Assembly (NCBI RefSeq): GCF_000315625.1
Contig: NW_005434609.1
Location: 133,236-197,235 of the forward strand
DNA length: 64,000 bases
Reading direction: 5' to 3'
DNA from: Guillardia theta CCMP2712
Taxonomy: Eukaryota > Protista > Cryptophyta
Shown here: positions 59,442-64,000 of the stretch, in pieces
Numbering within the stretch: position 1 is the stretch's first letter
How the letters are laid out: every line of letters starts with the position of its first letter
Notes under the pieces: model-generated
Database searches by the model: none
Seen by the model: the letters and a program-made list of their open reading frames with translations, nothing else
Told to the model about the DNA's origin: nothing
Translations under genes and position numbers: made by a program

Positions 59442-60888
59442 ATGCCGGGAGCGCGTCGCGAGAGGACGAGCACGGGGAGGACGAACGGGCAGAAGATGAC
59501 AACGACCTTGGAGGGGAAAAGGGAGGAGGCTGAAAAAAGGGAGAGCAGGCCTCGGGCAAAGTCAGTGCTGGAAGGAAGGATGGCCGGAGTTGTCCAAGCT
59601 GAGCTGAGCGTGAAGGAGGGGAGGGAGGAGCGAGCTGGCACGAGAAGAAGTCGCTCGCATGCTACGGAGCTCGCGGAGGAGCAGAAAAGTCAGAGTCATG
59701 TAATGCCAGGCTGGAACAAGTGGAGGCAGGGAGGTTTGAGGGACTGTGTCAAGGCAGCCAAGGCGTGCGACTCGCGGGGAGAAGGCTTGTTGGGGATCGA
59801 GGAGCTGAAAAAGATGGCAACCATGATGGGAGCCAGCAGCAGGGAGGCACAGTTGTTGCTAGACAGCTGCCCGAGCATAGAGCTGCCAGGGACAGGCAAG
59901 AGGGTGGTCACGTATCAGAGTCTTTTCCGATACCTGTGAGTCGGAGGGAGACGAGGGAGGGAGGGAGGGAGGGAAGGATAGAGAGTGGGATGGACAGAGG
60001 GGGGGGGAGGAGAGGGAGGCAGGGAGGCAGGGAGGCAGGGAGTAAGGGAGGGAAAGAGGATAACGCCATAACTGCAGGTGGCCAAACAGCGCAAGAGCTG
60101 GGAGTGAGGACGTAAGCCCGATGATGGTCAAGTCCACGACATTCCACATTGACTGCTGCACATGCCAGGCAGGAAATGCAAGGAGGGAACCGAAATATCT
60201 TTTCAACCCGCACCTCAAGTCAGGAATCCTCAACGATGTGCGAGAGACGACTCTGGATGAGATTGGAGAGAAGAGGTCTTGCGAGGTTTTCTGAGAACTG
60301 CAGAGTGAAGCTGACAAAGTTTCTCCTCCGCCTCCTGCTCCTCCTGCTCCTCCTGCTCTCTCTTCCTCCTCCTCTGTCTTCTCCTGCTCCTGCTGCTGCT
60401 GTTTCTCCTCCTGCTGCTCCTGATCCTGCTCCTGCTCCTGCTCCTCCTCCTCCTGCTCCTCCTCCTCCTCCTCCTCCTCCTCCTCCTCCTCGTGTTGTTT
60501 TCCACAGCCCCTTCACCCGGATCAACAGGAATTATCATTCGACGTCTGACAACCCGATTATTTGGAAGGAAGAGAGCGATGTCCGGCATGGTCCCTGGTA
60601 GATCTCATTTGGTTTGATTGCAGTTTAATGTTGATGAGTTTTCATCTTGTTTGTCATGTACCTTCTTTATATACTTCCCTTTTCTCGCCATTTTGGTTCC
60701 TATCTACTAACGATCTCTTCTCTTCTCTTCTCTTCTCTTCTCTTCTCTTCTCTTCTCTTCTCTTCTCTTCTCTTCTCTTCTCTTCTCCCGCTGTTTGTTC
60801 TTCTGTCTTCTCCTTTTATGTCTGCAGGGTAGGCGATAGACCCCTTCTTCCGATGGACCGAGTTCTGAAGGTGATGAAACATGGCTGA
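59442..60888 (+). CDS. Multi-exon hypothetical protein with a degenerate EF-hand-like pair
   Basis: CDSRGEGLLGIEELKKM resembles an EF loop. Further exons near 60078-60285, 60508-60597 and 60828-60888 are separated by microsatellite introns. Confidence 0.5.
60715..60787. repeat. (TCTTC)n pentanucleotide microsatellite
   Basis: Directly visible. Confidence 0.95.
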
Positions 60889-60889
60889 A

Positions 60890-61150
60890 AGATGATGATG
60901 GAGATGATGATGATGATTATGATGCTGATGATGACGACGACGATGGAGATGATGCTGGAGATGACGACGATGATGGAGATGATGATGGTGATGAAGATGA
61001 CGATGATGACGACGATGATGGAGATGTTGATGGAGATGATGATGACGATGATGGAGATGATGACGATGGTGGAGATGACGATGATGAAGATGAAGATGAA
61101 GATGATGATGATGATGGAGATGGCGATGATGGAGATGATGATGATGGAGG
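60890..61150. repeat. Degenerate (GAT)n trinucleotide array
   Basis: GAT/GAC/GGA/GAA variants over about 260 bp. Confidence 0.95.
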
Positions 61151-64000
61151 TGGAGAGGTCACGTTGCTCTACAATTTTTGAGGTTTTGGTCAGAATCGGC
61201 CGAGCGCTCAAGGTTTCGAGGTCTTGCGAACCTTGACATGCTCGTTCTTTCTCGCGGTTCATACCCTTCGTGCCTTGCAGAGGAGCGTCAGTATGCTCAT
61301 AGACACTTGGCCGCCGCACACAGGTAATGGGCTGAGAGGAGGGGAGCGCAAGAGGAGAGGAGGGGAGAGAGGAGGGGAGAGGGGAGAGGAGAGGAGAGGG
61401 GAGAGGAGAGGAGAGAGGAGGGGAGGGCAAGGGAGGAGACAGCGGGGCGGGAGACGGAAGGGGAGGAGGAGGAGAGTCAAGAAGACTCAGTTGGGGAGGA
61501 AGAAAGGACGAGGATGGTGAGAGACGGGAGATAGGAGGGCAGGGTTGCAAGAGGGTTAAGGAAAGAAAAAAGGGGAGCGAGAAGGAGGAGGAGCAGAGAG
61601 GAGGAGGAGGAGGAGGAGGAGGAGGAGGAGGAGGAGTGGGAAGACGAGGAGCAAGAGGAGGAGCAAGAGGAGGAGCAAGACGATGTTCACAGCAAGTCAT
61701 GCTTGCTCGACTGTGGGACTGATTTCATCTCACTGATTATGACAGGACTTCGCTTGAATCCTTTCCAAACTTTCATCTCCAACCCTCGACATTACGACAT
61801 TCTTCTCGCTCAAACCCCTCCACGAACCCCGTTCTGTGGTGAGACAACCCCTCGTTGTCTTCCTCGTCTTCCTCTTCTTCTTCCTCATGTGCTTCAACTC
61901 TCTTCAGTTTGTCATTTTCCTCCTCCTCCTCATCCTCTTCCTCCTGTGCTTCAACTGTCTTCCTCGTTTTCCTCCTCCTCCTCCTTTTCCTCCTCCTCCT
62001 CCTCCTCCTCCTCCTGTGCTTCAACTCTCTTCCTTTCCTCCCACTTCCCCTCCTCTTCCTTCCTTACGTTCAAACTTCTCCTCTCGCAGGCGTCTCAAAA
62101 CCCCCAGAAGCTTTCCGCCCCTTCCGCTCGAACGCGTTCCTCTCCTTCTCTCCCACCATGTCCTCGTCTCTTGTCGACTCCAAGTTATCGGCTCCTGTCC
62201 CCTCCTCTCTCAACACGTCCCATCCTCCTCGCTCTCGCTCGTCCTCCTCTCTCGTCCTGTCGTCAAGCTCCCCCAGGTCTCGCTGCCCAGCAACCGGAGA
62301 GGTTCTGATTGCCTGCAGGCTGTCCAAGACTGCTCCTGAAGAATTCACGACCAGCAAAGTGAGAGGCGGGAAGGAGGGAGAAGAGAGAGCAAGCGAGGAG
62401 AGGAGAGGAGAGGAGAGGAGAGGAGAGGAGAGGAGAGGAGAGGAGAGGAGAGGAGAGGAGAGGAGAGGAGAGGAGAGGAGAGGAGAGGAGAGGAGAGGAG
62501 AGGAGAGGAGAGGAGAGGAGAGGAGGGAGGGAGGAGAGGGGTGAGGTGGAGTAGGATGGATCGGAATGTTGTGGTTCCCCTGCGGNNNNNNNNNNNNNNN
62601 NNNNNNNNNNNNNNNNNNNNNNNNNNNNNNNNNNNNNNNNNNNNNNNNNNNNNNNNNNNNNNNNNNNNNNNNNNNNNNNNNNNNNNNNNNNNNNNNNNNN
62701 NNNNNNNNNNNNNNNNNNNNNNNNNNNNNNNNNNNNNNNNNNNNNNNNNNNNNNNNNNNNNNNNNNNNNNNNNNNNNNNNNNNNNNNNNNNNNNNNNNNN
62801 NNNNNNNNNNNNNNNNNNNNNNNNNNNNNNNNNNNNNNNNNNNNNNNNNNNNNNNNNNNNNNNNNNNNNNNNNNNNNNNNNNNNNNNNNNNNNNNNNNNN
62901 NNNNNNNNNNNNNNNNNNNNNNNNNNNNNNNNNNNNNNNNNNNNNNNNNNNNNNNNNNNNNNNNNNNNNNNNNNNNNNNNNNNNNNNNNNNNNNNNNNNN
63001 NNNNNNNNNNNNNNNNNNNNNNNNNNNNNNNNNNNNNNNNNNNNNNNNNNNNNNNNNNNNNNNNNNNNNNNNNNNNNNNNNNNNNNNNNNNNNNNNNNNN
63101 NNNNNNNNNNNNNNNNNNNNNNNNNNNNNNNNNNNNNNNNNNNNNNNNNNNNNNNNNNNNNNNNNNNNNNNNNNNNNNNNNNNNNNNNNNNNNNNNNNNN
63201 NNNNNNNNNNNNNNNNNNNNNNNNNNNNNNNNNNNNNNNNNNNNNNNNNNNNNNNNNNNNNNNNNNNNNNNNNNNNNNNNNNNNNNNNNNNNNNNNNNNN
63301 NNNNNNNNNNNNNNNNNNNNNNNNNNNNNNNNNNNNNNNNNNNNNNNNNNNNNNNNNNNNNNNNNNNNNNNNNNNNNNNNNNNNNNNNNNNNNNNNNNNN
63401 NGGAGTGGAGAGGAGAGGAGGGGAGGGGAGGAGAGGAGAGGAAAGCTGCTCATTTCTGCTCATCCGCTCAGCTCATGCCGTCCATCGGCGCGTTGAAGTT
63501 GTTCCACCGTCACAGGAGTTACAACACAAACAAACTTGATGTCAGGTGCGCAAATTTTCCTCATCCCTCCTCCCTCCTCCCTCCTCCCTCCACCTCAACC
63601 ATCCTCCTTCCAACCTCCTCGCTCTTTCTCCGCATTTGATCTTTCTCTTCAGCGACATCTCAGGAAGTCTTTCCTCCTCGAGGCTCAGTTCTTCGACCCT
63701 TGGACCTGAGGTCGAAACTCCTCCTGTCGCCTCGCATCTCCTCTTCCTCTATCCCCTTCCTCCTCCCCCTCCTCGTCCCCACTCCTCCTCTTCATCCCCC
63801 ATCCTTGCCCCTTCTTCCTTCTCCTCGTCCTCTCTCTTCTTCTCTCACTCCCCCCCTCCTCCTCCTCCTCCTCCTCTGGTCTTCGTCTTTGTCCATTCCC
63901 TTTTTTCGTCTGCTCCTCCGCCCCTAAACCCTAAACCCCGTCCTCCTCGTGACTGCCCAGTCCTTCTCGATCCTCCTCCTCTTCCTCCTCCTCCTCGTGC
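61150..64000 (-). CDS. Probable multi-exon hypothetical gene, interrupted by microsatellite introns and a gap, running off the window
   Basis: Complex-sequence blocks (about 61160-61320, 61680-61860, 62070-62357, 63445-63560 and 63630-63740) lie between simple repeats; ORF 62070..62357. Confidence 0.35.
62395..62525. repeat. (GAGGA)n pentanucleotide microsatellite
   Basis: Directly visible. Confidence 0.95.
62586..63401. other. Assembly gap (N run)
   Basis: Run of N. Confidence 1.

Noticed and set aside
60816-61700. Poly-Met, poly-Ile and poly-Ser ORFs (60892..61236, 60816..61700, 60917..61162)
   Set aside because: They are translations of a (GAT)n microsatellite and purine tracts, not credible proteins.
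62263-63639. Long ORFs of 330-400 aa
   Set aside because: They consist mostly of X residues from the N gap.
63922-63938. CCCTAAACCCTAAACCC telomere-like repeat
   Set aside because: Only about 2.4 units inside a pyrimidine tract; too short to call a telomere or a functional telo-box.
1-64000. Transposase, reverse transcriptase, viral/virophage genes, tRNA or rRNA
   Set aside because: No diagnostic motifs or structures seen by eye; a tRNAscan-SE/Infernal/RepeatMasker run would be needed to exclude them fully.

Overview
Eukaryotic nuclear DNA: gene-dense, with many short (about 45-60 nt) GT-AG introns often carrying a CTGAC-like branch point, microsatellite-filled introns and two N gaps. The style suggests a cryptophyte alga such as Guillardia (inference only). 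Recognisable genes are a carboxypeptidase Q (M28), a short RAB3GAP2-like propeller, a full MadBub (BUB1/BUBR1) kinase, a Fused/STK36 kinase, a divergent cyclin, an SGNH/PC-esterase-like protein and a TPR protein. The dominant feature is one five-exon gene (35220..15551, minus strand) that I reconstruct as a secreted mosaic protein of about 6,440 aa. It has a bacterial-type N-terminal domain, Ig-like repeats, two RCC1 propellers, chitobiase/Fn3-associated repeats, 12 Myxococcus-type Cys-rich repeats, an LNR module and TNFR/ephrin-like repeats. It shares module types with a nearby secreted LysM protein (9325..12873), which makes the pair a candidate extracellular recognition/adhesion system. Other notable points: tandemly multiplied CD1 and ABBA-like motifs in MadBub, small proteins sharing a Q-x-L motif, a novel threefold repeat in the TPR protein, and two kinds of intergenic sequence (CCGG/TGAC-rich islands and strand-polarised GGGGT/ACCCC tracts). 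All gene models were made by eye; no searches were run.
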